Part shown: piece after piece, positions 39,620-53,264 of the stretch
Layout of the letters: each line of letters starts with the position of its first letter
Numbering within the stretch: position 1 is the stretch's first letter
Program-made: the position numbers and the translations under genes
The notes under the pieces: model-generated
Database searches by the model: none
Told to the model about the DNA's origin: nothing
Seen by the model: the letters and a program-made list of their open reading frames with translations, nothing else
Source of the DNA: Octopus vulgaris
Taxonomy: Eukaryota
Direction of reading: 5' to 3'
Assembly (NCBI GenBank): GCA_951406725.2
Contig: OX597816.1
Location: forward strand, 930,001-994,000
DNA: 64,000 nucleotides

Positions 39620-41128
39620 ACCCCTTTCTTGTCTAATGTTTCCTTCTTTTTCTATCTCCTTTTTTTCTTTCCTTCAGCTCCTCTACTTCACTCCCTCCCT
39701 CCCTCTCTCTCTCTCTCTCTCTCTCTGAGCTCTACTTTTCTCCCACTCTCTGTCCCTTTCTGAATCCCTATCATTGCTAACAATCCTATCAGTTACAAGT
39801 GGTGGGCAGGGGTAGCCCCCCCCCCCCCCCCGGAGTAGCTAAGACAAAGACCAATTGTAGAAAATTTGGTTATATTTACCTTTGTCGCTTCCTCCCCCCC
39901 ATCCGCCCCCCCCCCCCCCGCGTGCTTCACCAGTCTTTATCTTGTGGTGTAAATAGAAGGGATTGGCAAAGGGGACAGAGAAGGCAGCCATAAAATGAAG
40001 TGATCTGGTTGGATAAGGGGGGGGGTGGAAAGAAAAGAGGGAAAGTAATTAGTTTTTGAGAAGAGGTGGTGGGGGGGAAGGGAGGGCAATCGGTCAGGAG
40101 GGGGTTGGGAGGAGGAGGAGGAGGAGGAAATACATGAAACCAGTTAGAGAGGGAGTGATTTGTTAGCTTAAGGTTAGTCTGCAAAAACAAGTGTCCTCTT
40201 TTATGTTTCTGGTTAAATGTCTACAGAAGGTTTTTCCTAATGAAAACATGCAGATCATGTCTTCTTGTTTGTTAGCCCTCCTGTACCTCCATCCTTTTGT
40301 GTGTGTGAAGGAAGTAGGGAGCAATGTTGTGTTGGGAAGGACAGAGTGCAAGGAAGAGGAGCAAGAGAGATGTTTCTAGATGTTTCACAAAAATAAAAGC
40401 AATTTCACTGAATGATGGTTCACTGAGAAGTGGGAGCTTCTGAGAAGGTGAAGCAATAAACTTTTGTAAATAGGTCACTGTAAGCAGCTGGTATTGTTCT
40501 GCTTCTCCCTTTTGGAGGGCAGCGGGTAGATCTTACAATTAACCCTTTTATTAGCAAATTCCTGTTGAAATACATTACTTTTCTTTCAATTAATTTTGAA
40601 AATAATGAGTTTAGTGAAGTAATCTTGTCATTATTAATCTGGTGTTTAGGACATAAATTAACAGGACATTTTGATGGAAGTTTTTAATTTGGATCATTTT
40701 AAAAACTGGAGTTTCATATCATAGGTTCAGGGTTGGTCTCAAATGGTTTTTGCTTTCCAGACATTTGTACCTTACTGCATATGCTTTATACTCACTTTTG
40801 ACAAGTTGTGGTGCACCTGAGCACTGTATACAATAATTTCATTATTATTATTATTAAAAGAGTTTAGGAATGGTTAAGGTGTAAAAGTGATAAATTCATA
40901 GACTTAAAGTGCTACACAAAGAGAACTCCACTCTCTTTCGTTAATCATTGAATTGATGTAGTTTAATTATCAATCATAGAGACTTAGGAAAATGAGAGAG
41001 AGAGAAACTCCTTGTATTATTACCACTTCACATCCATTTTCCATGGGTTGGATGATTCAACAGGAGCTGGCAGCCAGAGGGCTGCACTTGTTGTTATTAA
41101 ATAATATATATATAGTGTGTGTGTGTGT

Positions 41129-41297
41129 TATTTAATAACAGTTTGAATTAGTTCCATGGAACTTTTTGTAGGCTTGTAAGACATTTCATCAGGTATCCAG
41201 AAAAGAATCTCTTCTCTAGACCCTGACAAGACAGTTTTATCTGACGAGCCTGCAAAATTTTAAGTTGTATGAAGCTGAGTCAAACTGTCATTAAATA
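41129..41297. repeat. Foldback element with degenerate hammerhead-like cores
   Basis: Left arm tatttaataacagtttgaattagttccat...ttttgtaggcttgtaag is the imperfect reverse complement of ctgacgagcctgcaaaa...atgaagctgagtcaaactgtcattaaata. Confidence 0.7.
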
Positions 41298-41494
41298 TTA
41301 TATACGAACTGCTATCGAATGTGGTGAGTGCCACATTCTTTCATTTGTCCACTCAGTCGTGTGTTTCATTCTCTGAACTACTGTACACTATGCGTCATCG
41401 TTTCTGACATTTTCAGAATTAAGAATGAGCACTTGTTTTGTTGGTTATAAAGTATCAGAAACATCCCTATCTTTGTAATGTCCACTTTTTTTGA

Positions 41495-42084
41495 TTCGAC
41501 GATCATTCAGAATGCTCACTGCAGCCTTATTCCTACCGCTCTATGTCACGCTGGTGAGACCCATATTGGAGTACGGGATTCAAGCCTCTTCTCCTTATCT
41601 CCTCAAAGACATACATCATCTCGAAAGAGTCCAGAAGCTGGCTACCCGCATGGTTCTTGGTCTCAAGCATTTGTCTTATGAAGAAAGGCTGAAGACGCTC
41701 GACCTTTATTCTCTAGAAAAACGATGAAGCCGTGGTGATCTCATTCTTGCTCACAACATCATAAGCGGAAAGTGTAACCTCTCGAAAGAGCTGTTTTTCA
41801 CTCCTGCTCCAGAGCATAGGCTGCGGGGTCACTCCGAAAAGCTCTATCTGCGACGATTTCATCTCAATCGAAGAAGAGGGGCTTTCTCCATCCGGGTTGC
41901 GGATCCGTGGAATATGCTGCCGGACGAAATAGTGAAGATGCCGACGACCGCTCGGTTCAAAGTCTCTCTTGACCATAAATGGCCTGAACTCTTTGCATGA
42001 ACACCTCTGTACATAACTCCATGTCCCCCTACATGGCCTTGCTTTTTGAGTCAAAAAATTAACTTAACTTAACTAACTTAACTT
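41495..42084 (+). mobile_element. CR1-type LINE 3' fragment
   Basis: LYVTLVRPILEYG, LERVQKLATRMV, SYEERLKTLDLYSLEKR*SRGDLI, RLRGHSEKL, FSIRVADPWNMLP, followed by an (AACTT)n tail. Confidence 0.9.
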
Positions 42085-42098
42085 TTCCATACTTAAAT

Positions 42099-42486
42099 GG
42101 GGATGGGAAGCACTCCGTCGGTTACGACGACGAAGGTTCCGGTTGATCCAATCAACGGAACAGCCTGCTCGTGAAATTAACGTGTAAGTGGCTGAGCACT
42201 CCACAGACACGTGTACCCTTAACATAGTTCTCGGGGATATTCAGCGTGACACAGAGAGTGACAAGGCCGGCCCTTTGAAATACAGGTACAACAGAAACAG
42301 GAAGTAAGAGTGAGAGAAAGTTGTGGCGAAAGAGTACAGCAGGGATCACCACCATCCCTGCCGGAGCCTCGTGGAGCTTTAGGTGTTTTCGCTCAATAAA
42401 CACTCACAACGCCCGGTCTGGAAATCGAAACCGCGATCCTATGACCGCGAGTCCGCTGCCCTAACCACTGGGCCATTGCGCCTCCT
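42099..42486 (-). mobile_element. Young tRNA-derived SINE with 11-bp TSD
   Basis: Minus-strand head GGAGGCGCAATGGCCCAGTGGTTAGGGCAGCGGACTCG...GGTTTCGATTTCC (A and B boxes), CpG-rich, flanked by CATACTTAAAT at 42088-42098 and 42487-42497. Confidence 0.88.
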
Positions 42487-43284
42487 CATACTTAAATAGG
42501 GACCAGATGGAATTTGTCAAGGCAGATTTTCTATGACTGGCTTCTTTTCCTATTGCCATATCTCAACCATTTCAAATTAAAATGATATGTTCCCATGGCC
42601 AGACATATTTACTCATTAAACTGGAAACATGGGACACCACTTGGATGATGGTGATGCTTATTTCTACATGTCTAACACACACACACACACACACACCCAT
42701 ATATAGCAGGCTTCTTTCAGATTCTGTCTTCCAAAGCTTTGGTCGACCTGGGAGCTATATTAAATGATGATTGCACAAGGTGCCATGCTGTAGCACTGAG
42801 CCCATCACCATATGGCTTAGAAGGGAACTTCTCAGCCACTCAACTCTCTAAAATAAAAGATGCAAGTGACCTCTAAGGAATAAAATCAAAGTATTTCAGT
42901 TCTAATGCACATCTCCATCTCTTCCAGAGAAACTGACCATAATTTGATAAGTGTTTATAAAAAAAAGGCACATATCTACCCAAGTGTCATCAGCAATAAT
43001 AAGCTGGAAGGCAGATCAGTGTCCAGTGGTGGGGAAGTGTCCCCATGTCTTAATTTTCTACATTTGCCATTAAGTGAGAATATATGTTTTTCAGCATTTC
43101 ATCAGAAATGTGGTGGCTGTAATGCCACAACCACAGCCAATGTTGGCACAGCATTTGCTTCTTAACTTTTGAGTTCTATCTCACTACAAGGCATCTTGGG
43201 TGGATGTAGATTTGGGTTGAGCACTACCGTGTGAGTGGAATTTGTCGGCAGGAACTGCATAGATGCCAAGGAGCAAAGCCTTGG

Positions 43285-43600
43285 TCAGACTAAGAGTGAC
43301 ATGGTAGTAGACCAGTGAGGTTGACAGGGCCATAAAAGAGGGGAGACGAGTGTTGAAAGAATGAAAAAGTGGGGGTAGCAAAGAAGCATGTCTGATAGCT
43401 AAAAGGGAAGCTAGATGTCAGGTTTACTTAGCTTGGGCAGAAGCAGAAAGGAAAAGGTTTGCCAATATTCTACAGCACGAAGATCATGGATTTGGAGAGT
43501 TCCAGATTGCTAGGCAGTATATCAGAGAGAATCAAGATATTGTGGGAGAGAAGTGCGTATGGATGGATGATGGTATGTTTGCACTTAGCGATTCTGAAAG
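43285..43600 (+). mobile_element. LINE (RTE-like) internal linker fragment
   Basis: Decayed frame EVDRAIKE...AKREAR...EAERKRF...FQIARQYIRENQDIVGEKCV...DDG, typical of the region between endonuclease and RT. Confidence 0.55.
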
Positions 43601-44987
43601 ACAGATTTGAAAGAGTCTTTTCAAACTGATTTTGTTTGTTTTTCTTTCTTAATGTTCCTTAAATTGATATTAAATCTTATTTTACTGCAATAAGTTTTCC
43701 AACAACAAAAGCACAATGTCTGAATATATTGGCAGACCATGATCTAAAACTGACCGGCAAAAACATGGTCATAACGCTTAAATAATAAAGTGACATGCAT
43801 ACATATAAAATGTACACACAAGCATCTATCTGTATGTATATATATACTCGTGTGTGTATCTATGTATATATAATCTCTCTCTCTCTCTGTGCTTGAGAAG
43901 AGCTGTTGAGTCAAGTGAAATCATTGTCGTGGCTGATACCAATACCACCTAATTGGTACCCATGCTGGTGGCATGTAAAAAGCACTCACTACACTCTTGG
44001 AGTGGTTGACATTGGGGGGTGGGGCATCCAGCTGTAGAAACCTTGCCAGATCAGATTGGAGCCTGGTGCAGCCTTCTGTCAAACCGTCCAACCCATGCCA
44101 GCATGGAAAGCGGACGTTAAACGACGATGATGATATATATATGTATGTATACTCCCAGCTGAGTGGTGTTTTTGTCTTACAAGTTACTTGGTGTCCCTGT
44201 CAGTACAGGTGCTGCATAAAAAGCACCCAGTCCACTCTGTAAAGTGGTTGGTATTAGGAAGGGCATCCAGCCATAGGAATCATGCCAGGGCAGACAATGG
44301 AGTTGGTGTGGCTTCTGGCCTTACCAGTTCCTGTCAATCCATCCAACCCATGCCAGCATGGAAAACATGTTAAATGATGATGATGATTGTTGTCACATAT
44401 AGCATATGCATCTTAGACCAGTGTTTATGCACATTAAGTGGCTCATGTATATAAGTGTGTGTGTGTAAAAGAGACAAAGGGGTGGGGCAAATGTATGTAT
44501 AATGTATAGAAATGTACATAAATATGTATAAGGTGAAGGAGAAATGAGTGCAGATGAAATGTGTACCAGCGTGTGAATTTGTTAGTGACTTGTTAATTAG
44601 ATACACCTTTTACCTTCTATTATAAAAATGTATTTCACATAGAGACAGATGAGTCACCTGGACAAGATCTATTACTGAAAGATAACTGACAGGTGGGTTG
44701 TGTTACTCTGACATTTAGTTACTGATCAGCTGAATGGGAGAATTTACAAAACTGCCAGTCTTCACAGACTTGAAATACCTGGTTGTTATTGCTGTCCAGT
44801 GTTTCAGATCTCACCAAAGTCATCTTTGCCTTTCATCACTCCAGGGTCAGTAAAATAAAGTACCAAATAATTCATATCTCTGCTGAAATACTCTGCCTTT
44901 GTTTCACTTGGTTTTGAAAATTGTGAAGAATTTAGCAAAATAAGTTCATGAAATTGGTGTGTGCAACAAAAATTAAAATGGAATTTA

Positions 44988-45019
<32 letters not shown>

Positions 45020-46219
45020 CTAGTTTCAGCTTATGAGCTGTGGCCATGCTGGGGCACCGCCATAAGTTTTAATTTAGTTTGCTTTAAAACAAGAAGCTTG
45101 CATCACTTAAACCAGGGACAGTCTCAGATTGAGCAGGTATCAAAAGGGTTAATATCAAAGATAGAGATGGGCATTAGAGGATATTTCTGATTCTGTTTGA
45201 TATCTGTTCAGGGATTAAGTTGATAAGATCAACTTAATCTTTCTTTTAGAATTGTTGGCTTCCTGCTTAAATTAGAAACCCTTATTATTATTGCTAAGTA
45301 TTTGGTTAGGTTTCAGTGCCTCAGTTGTGGCCCTTCACAGACATACAGAGAAACTAAAGGAGCATGGTGTAGTGTTTAGCTATCAGTTCATCAGTTCATC
45401 AGTTGTTAGTTGAAACCCATGGTTGACATGTTGTAATATATTCTACATGTTTTATATGCCACATGTCATCTTGTTGGTATCTGATCAGCCGGGAATAACA
45501 TTTGATCTGTGATAAATTGAGTTACTGTCAATAGTAAGCACAAACCCTGAACTGGATCTTTTTAGAAGACATTGTATTTACCATCTCATAGGTCACTAAG
45601 TTGTGTCCGGACAGGTTGCAGGATTCTTTAATCTCTATCAGAAATAGATGCCTTATCCTTTGGGAATGCTAAATTGGTAATCTATTCTATAGAATTGTAT
45701 TGTTTCCTTGCTTTGTGTTATTAATCTTTTTGTTGCCAACCTGCTTCATACAACCCCTTAAAATTCTTGTTTTATAGTGATTTAAATTTAAACCTTCCCC
45801 CCAAAACCTCATGATAATTTATGTTCCAAAAACCCAGCTAAATAAGGAGTTATTTTACTAAAAGAGTATTGTCATTTGCTTGAAGCATTACTATGTGTGA
45901 ATAAAGTGGTGTCAATAAATAAAAATAAAGATATTGCATTGCCTTATATAGGGTGTTTAATGCTTCTGGGATATTTCAAGAAAGATTCCCCTTTTCAAAT
46001 TTAAGATTAAAAAAATAATCCAAGAGATTGCAGAAACAGCATTCTTGATGGCAGGCAATTCCACTAAGTTCTTCATCATTTTAAAAACTGTTTGAGACAA
46101 AGGCAGTGTATGTCTACAGGAATGTGGTAACAGAAGAGTTAAGCCCTAGTCAAATACTAGCACATAGAGGTCTTTAGGCATTTGGTGGTAAAACCAGCAG
46201 AAGACCTGTAGTGGGTCTT

Positions 46220-46528
<309 letters not shown>

Positions 46529-49500
46529 ACATAGATATGTTATCTAAGCAACAGCTATTTACAAATGATCTTCTTGCACTTAATCCACCCCCAAAACAGT
46601 TTGGTGAACTGTGGCAATGTTTGAACTTCTAATAATTGATGAGCAGGTAGGTAGTCAGTCCAATAACTGTAGCCACTCAACCATTGAAATTATTTGTAAT
46701 TAGCATGGGGTCCTAATCAACTTAATTGGGATACCATCTGCCCTGTTTATGACTACAAAGTCCAAATGTGCTATAGCAATTCACATTTTTCTCACATACT
46801 CCTGTTAAGAATAGTAACATGATGATGATGATAGTAGAGGTGTGTTTGTTACACCCATGACTGACTCAGTTTCGTTGTTGAGTAATGCCAGAACACCTTA
46901 CATCTGACATTGGGTTGAGTATGTCACTAACTTTGTTGGAGTCAGTCAGTCAACTGTGTTCACGGGGGGGGGGGGGGGGGGGGTCAGTGCAAGCAGAGGA
47001 AATGAGATAAAAATAAGGGAGGAAAAATTAGTTTCCTTTCAATAATATGGACAAATAAAAAAAAAAATTACATACACGTTTATGTGTGGGAATATATATG
47101 TTTATTTATATATATATACACACACACATATGTACATGTATTTATCCCTAACCATCTGAGTGTGTGTGTGTGTGTGAATATACATGTATCTATCTGTAGA
47201 TGTGTTGGGCTGAAGCCATTACATAACATTACAATTGTTGTATTTATTTATTATTATTCTGAGGTGTCAAGACAGTCTATGCAGGTACACAAAGCCTGGC
47301 CTCTATGCAAACACTTTCAGTTTATCTATAATCACACACACGCACGTGTGTGTGTGTGTGAAAGAGACAGACAGAGTTGATGTCACTACCGTACAAGTGA
47401 TGTCCTTTGTTTCCCATCTTCTGTAATAACATGTTTGGCCATGGGGAAACCTCATCTTGTTTGGAAAGAGGTGAGAATTGGCAACAGGAGGGATATCTGA
47501 TCATAAAAAATCTGCCTCAGCAAATTGTTTGACCCATGCGAGCATGGAAAAGGGATCAGTAAAATTATAGTTTTTTATTTATATATAATACATATGCTAC
47601 TGCTAGGAAGCATTTCACTTGATAACCATTGCTCATCCTTATACTGTCCTCTTCAACCACATTTTACACATTTCGCCCTCCTCCAACCCACCAAATCATC
47701 TCTCCTTCTCCACCACCACCACCACCATGTGTCTCTCACTGTTTCTCCAATCACATATCATCTCTCTCTCTCTCTCTTCTCCTGTCTACTGTATCATTAT
47801 TATTCTCTTTTTCTCTTCACCCTCATGCATCATCAGCTGCCCCCACTTCTCATCCTTTGTTCTTCATTCATTATATTCACACATATTGCTCTCATACACA
47901 GTTGCAACCCCCCTCCCACACACACACAGAATCAATTCTTCTTCTGTCTCTGTTCACTTCTATTAACCTTATACCTTGAGGCTCAGCCAAACACCTTGTC
48001 ACCACTATCATCATCATCATCATCATCTTTCCATCTAGCTTCTTCACCCTGACCGTTCCCATCCTTTCTTCCAACTTCGAGAAGCCATGTTGCTTCTCCT
48101 CTACAACAAGAAATCTTTTCCCCTTTCACTCCTTCTCTCATTACTTAACCCTTTGTTTCTTAGCATAAAGCTGCCTCTGTCTGGATTTGGAGTCTTGCAG
48201 GCTGCACCCTGCTTTTGGTAGTGCTGGTGCCATATAAAAAGCATCTGTTACGTACTGTAAAGTGGTTGGCCTTAAGAGGGGAACCCAGTCATAGAGACCC
48301 TGCTTAAATGAACAGTGGATCATGATGCAGTCCTTGCACTCACCAGACCATGTCAAGCTGTCCAACCCATGCCAGCAGAGAACATAAACCTTTAATGATG
48401 ATCATGATTGTATATAGAGTTTCAACAGGTATTTTGCAGTGTAAGTTGTTGATTACCAGATATTTGACAACCTGGCTTCTTAACTTTTTCCGTCCTAGCC
48501 TTTTTTGCCTGGAAGATGTCACTGTTTTCAAAGGCTTTTATTTAAATTAAATTAAAACCTTTCATATTGTTATATAAGCAAAATCTTGTGTTAAAGTTTT
48601 AGTTCACTTTGGAATTGTTCTTCATCAGCTGGTGTCAGGAACATTGTTTGTGAAATGTTTATGGAAAGTTTTCATTGAAATCGTGTACCCATACAAACTT
48701 GGTCATAGAATGAAGGGCCAGTCTCAAGCAGGTTCGTGTCAAAAGGGTTAAGCTGGCTCTTTTTTGGTCCTCTTGATCTTATATTCCAAACAAACAGCAT
48801 AAAGTCCCCAGTTTTCTTCAGTTTGCATTCACAGGTGTTAACAAGATCAGCTAAGACAAGTAGACCAACTACTTTTCCACATTAATGCATTGACCTGAAA
48901 AAGGGGGTAATTTTAATATCTTCCATTAAGATAGGTCTTAATAAACAACCTTGTCCCCTTTTGATCTCAGCTTGCTACACAATTCATTGTGATTTACTCT
49001 TAAAGCTCCACTGATTAACAACTGACACAAATTCCCTGACCTACACGCAGGTCATTGTTTCCCATCTGTGAAAGGTCAGTTGTACTCTTAGTTTGGTCAC
49101 AACTGGAATTATGCTAGAAAAGAGGTTTGCTTATTTATTTTATCAGGTAGTCTTGCAGTTATATATTTGATATAGATCAGCATTTTTTTTCTTTTTTATT
49201 AGCTCTGGGTACTCTCTTATGTATAGCTGCTGTTACAGACATTGTCTTCCACTAGTTTAGAAGCCATCATTCGAAGTGATTATGGTTGTGTAAAGATATT
49301 TCTTTTCTAACCACATTGTTTTGAGTTCAGTCCCACTGTACGTCCCCTCAGACTAGTGTCTTCTGCCGTAAGCTCGAGGCCAAGACTTATAATTTTGTAT
49401 TTGTTGTTCCCTTGGGGACAAACAGTCACAGCTTCTCGGATGCATGGCAACAGAGGTTACTGATTGGCTGAAATTACATAATTTTAAACACTTGTAAACT

Positions 49501-50661
49501 TTTCTATTATTAATTTCTTTAAAAAAATGGATGCAATTTTTGTAAGCAGCATGGAAAACTACTTTAAATCTGGTGAAAAATTACAAAACTTTAAGATGTT
49601 GGAAGAAATTTAACAAGAACCTTGGTTTTTTTTCAGAACTTGTTGCTATCTCGTCACAAGGTGTTTTGGTTTAAAGACAGCATTGTGTCTTGTTGTTGCA
49701 GGAGAACATTGCATGCTCGTTAAATCGGTCATTAGTTAAGATGTGGCACTTTCTGCAAATATTTGCCATAACACATTTGCTTTACATTTTGCTACTATTT
49801 CTCAATGTTTTATGTTCACTAACCTGGAATAAGAATGGTCTGTTCTTCCAGTGAGACACATTTTTACAAAGCATCACCATTTCTTATCGTCTCCTTGTAT
49901 GTCCCCACACAGGTTCAGGACAACACAATTTCCTTCCTATTTTGCTGGCAACTATAATACGGGTTCAATTCTAGTTTTAAATATTGACTGTGTTCTTATA
50001 TGGCCCCAAATGTGATGGCTAAAATCAACTAAAGAATGTGTTGAGGAAAATTCTTTAACATTATTTGTTAATTATTTCATTTATTAACTTTTATGGTTAA
50101 AATTCAGTGAAATATTTCTTTTAAAAAATGCAATGGAAGTGAGTAGGACATGAATTCGACAATTTTTTTTTCTCTCCCCAAAATATACTTGTAAAACGGA
50201 GGGCATCTTATATGCTGGTAAATACAATAGATTATATCATATCTGGTGTATGATTGAATGCAGCATTTAATTAACCAAAGTTCAAGTGATATTTTCCAGC
50301 TAAAAGCACATTTTTGAAGAACTCTGTACATATTTCTTAATGAGCAAAAAGATTTTAAAGAAAGCTTTGTTGTTGCTCTATGGTGTGCAAATTTACTTGA
50401 GATGTCTTTGTTATCTCTAGTCACAAATTTACAAGGTTTTGTTCTTTTTCTCTTGTATGAAAATAGATACGGCTTTAAAGAATTTTAGCAGTGGCAGGAT
50501 GTGTGTATGAGAGGTGGAGGTCATAATTGTTGTTAAAGGCATTCTGCTTCAAAGAAAGTTCACCCAACAAACATTGGTGCTTGGTGTGTGTGTGTGTGTG
50601 GGGGGGGGCATTAACTCTACCACATATTACTAAAACAATAAAGCAAAACATGTTTTTGTTT

Positions 50662-50722
<61 letters not shown>

Positions 50723-50980
50723 AAATTGAATAAGGGTAGAAATTGATATTAATCAATTAAAACCAGTGGCCTAGCATATTAAAAAATCCGAAGATTAAAA
50801 TATTTTTACATACAAAATTTAAAGGACTGACCACTAAAAGTGGGCAGTCAATATGCTAGATATAGACGTCAAAATCGCTATTTTCCACGAAGAATGTGTT
50901 CTCAAGAAAAAACTCAGCACAAAACCAAAGTGTAAAAAATAAGCAGGACAAATGAAAATATACGAAATAAAAACGATTAC

Positions 50981-51055
50981 CTATGTACCGATCAGTTTCA
51001 CTTGTTAATATTCACTTATATATATACGCAAAAATCTGCAAGATCATCAGCATAG
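50981..51055 (-). ncRNA. Minimal type I hammerhead ribozyme motif (Penelope-type)
   Basis: Minus strand: CTATG CTGATGA tcttg...caagt GAAA ctgatcgg TA CATAG. Stem I is a perfect 5 bp, stem II is cttg/caag, stem III has a palindromic gatc loop, cleavage triplet GUA. Confidence 0.7.
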
Positions 51056-51339
51056 TCAGTCGTTTACAAGCATAATTTCCAGAACTAGATACATAACGCT
51101 TGACCGGAGTCCCACGTGCATAGAGTTCAACAAATTATATTTATGTGTATCTTTCAAAGGCCTTCGCTTTGGCCCGCTGAGATCAGAAATCAACCCTGAA
51201 GTTAATAAACTACAGCAGTCAATTTACTGGTTTGAGAACATTTTTTTATTATTTAAAATTCGTTCCAGCTATTTGGCTGTGATTATGTTGGAGCCCCACC
51301 ATGATTTTACGCATAGTTCTTCTTTGATTTCTTGAGGAT

Positions 51340-51860
51340 GGTGGGGTTTCCCCTCACCACTCCTGTATGTGCTTTGGCCCCAGTTGTTGGCCTATTTGGT
51401 GTTTGAGGGAGTTTGATGTTGCCGCTGACTTCATTTGTTGTACCTCATCCTGCATTGTGGAGAGGAGAATGTCTAGTTTCTTTCGAAGACATCTGTGTCC
51501 ACATTACATAGATTTCTCAATTTTTGTGGCAGGGCATTGAAAAGCTGTGGTCCTTTGAACTATAGGCTATTGCAGTACCTGGTCCTGAATTTAAATGGAG
51601 TGGACAGTACCTTTGGTATAATACAATGGCGTCCAGTTCAGGCATTTGTATAACACTCAATGCTGAAATTAGGTACCGGCCCTTCCAGAATTTTCCATAT
51701 GTAAATCATTCCAGATGTTGTGTCTTCACTCTCGGGAGTCATAGTTTATTCAGCTTCTTCTTGTAATTCTTCTGCTGCACTGTTGCAATCCTTTTAGTGT
51801 AATCACATTGGACTGCTTCAAGCTCCACCGGCAGTTAGGTCACTATGTGGTAACCAGGTT
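51340..51860 (-). mobile_element. CR1-like LINE 3' fragment
   Basis: Minus strand has YCNSL..KGPQLFNALPQKLRNL. Same family as 52650-53240. Confidence 0.65.
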
Positions 51861-52026
51861 TATATATATACTGCCAGATCAGAGTGGAAACTGGTGCAGC
51901 CTGAGCCCTCAGTCAAACCGTCCAACCCATGCCAGCATACAAAGCGGACGTTAAACGATGATGATGATGATAATGATGTATATGTATATATATTAACAGG
52001 CATGGCTGTGTGGTAAGCCATGCCTG

Positions 52027-52220
52027 TATACTTTTTATTAAAGCTGCAAAATTCTCACAGAACTGTTACAATGGTGATGATGATGATGATGTTACTCAGT
52101 TTCACATTCGGGTTCGTTGGTCAATCGTGATGAATATTCATCACGACTGTCTGATGAGCAAGAACATGAAACTCTGAGTAACAGCTCTGTAATAATTTTG
52201 CAGCTTTAATAAGAAGTATA
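52027..52220. repeat. Foldback element with hammerhead-like cores on both arms
   Basis: Arms tatactttttattaaagctgcaaaatt... and ...aattttgcagctttaataagaagtata around a perfect central palindrome TCGTGATGAATATTCATCACGA. Confidence 0.85.
52147..52184 (+). ncRNA. Minimal type I hammerhead ribozyme motif
   Basis: CTGT CTGATGA gcaagaacat GAAA ctctgag TA ACAG. Stem I ctgt/acag, stem III ctc/gag, stem II poorly paired. Confidence 0.6.
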
Positions 52221-52649
52221 TTACTCTACAGGGCTGGTGAGCTGAGAGGAGGCTGCACCAGACTCCAGTTTGGCATGGTTTCTCCAGCTGGATGCCCTTC
52301 CTAACACTCTGAGAGTGTAATGGGTGCTTTTATGACACCAGCATCAGCCACAACTACAATTTCACTTGGCTTGACGGGTCTTCTTCTCAAGCCCAGCATA
52401 TTGCCAAAGGTCTTGGTCATTTTTCTTTGGCCTCTATGAAGCCCAGCACTCAAAAGGTGCTTTTCACATCCCACCAGCACAGGCGCTAGTTACATGACAC
52501 CGACCAGCCACAACTAGGATTTATATATTTCTGTATAAATCTTTACACTTGTTTCAGCTTTAAAGCTATGGTCATGCTGGGGTACCATCGTTGGCTTGTG
52601 CTAGACCATTAGTTGAAACCTCCTCTGATATGTGGCACTTGATGAATAA

Positions 52650-53240
52650 GGGAGTTTGATGCTGCTGTCTTCATCTGTGTTTCCTGCCGTGAGGTAGGCT
52701 CATCTGGAACCCATACCAGGAAGGGATCCAGTTTTGTTTTGAAGACCCATCCACACCCTGCAGGTCTATCAAGCATTTTGGAAGAATATTGAAGAGCTGT
52801 GAGTCCTTGAAACCCAAGCTGTTACAGTATCTGGTCCTCTGTTTTGATGGTGATGCTGGGATCTTTGGCATTATGCAGTGGTTCCCCATTCTGCTGTTTA
52901 TGTAACTTTCAGTGCCAGAGTTTTTGGTCCAAGGCCTTCCAGGATTTTCCGGATGTATATCACTGCATATCTTTCCCACTTTTGTTCTCGGGAGAAGAGT
53001 TTTAATTCTATCAGTCTTTCCCAGGAGCTGATACATTGCATTGAGATGATTTTCTTAGTGTAGATTCATTGGATTGCTTCAAGTTCCACCATGAATTTTA
53101 TATTGTGTGGTGACCATAGTTGGGAACAGTAGTCCAAGCAGCTGAGGATGTATACCCTCCAAAGGACCATCATTGTCCCCTTTTCTCTTGTTTTGAAAGT
53201 TCGGAGGATCCAACCAGCCAGCCATCTGCATTTTATTACA
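52650..53240 (-). mobile_element. CR1-like LINE 3' fragment
   Basis: RLDYCSQLWSP near 53110-53145 and RYCNSLGFKDSQLFNILPKCL in ORF 52671-53036. Confidence 0.7.
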
Positions 53241-53264
53241 AAATTGTTAACATGTGAAGATACA

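Noticed and set aside
42410-42486. tRNA gene on the minus strand
   Set aside because: It has A and B boxes but continues into a SINE body and is flanked by a TSD, so it is a SINE head.
47525-48052. 175-aa ORF and similar His/Ser/Leu-rich ORFs (35957-36360, 57546-57809)
   Set aside because: Low-complexity pyrimidine-rich sequence with no recognisable domain or splice structure.
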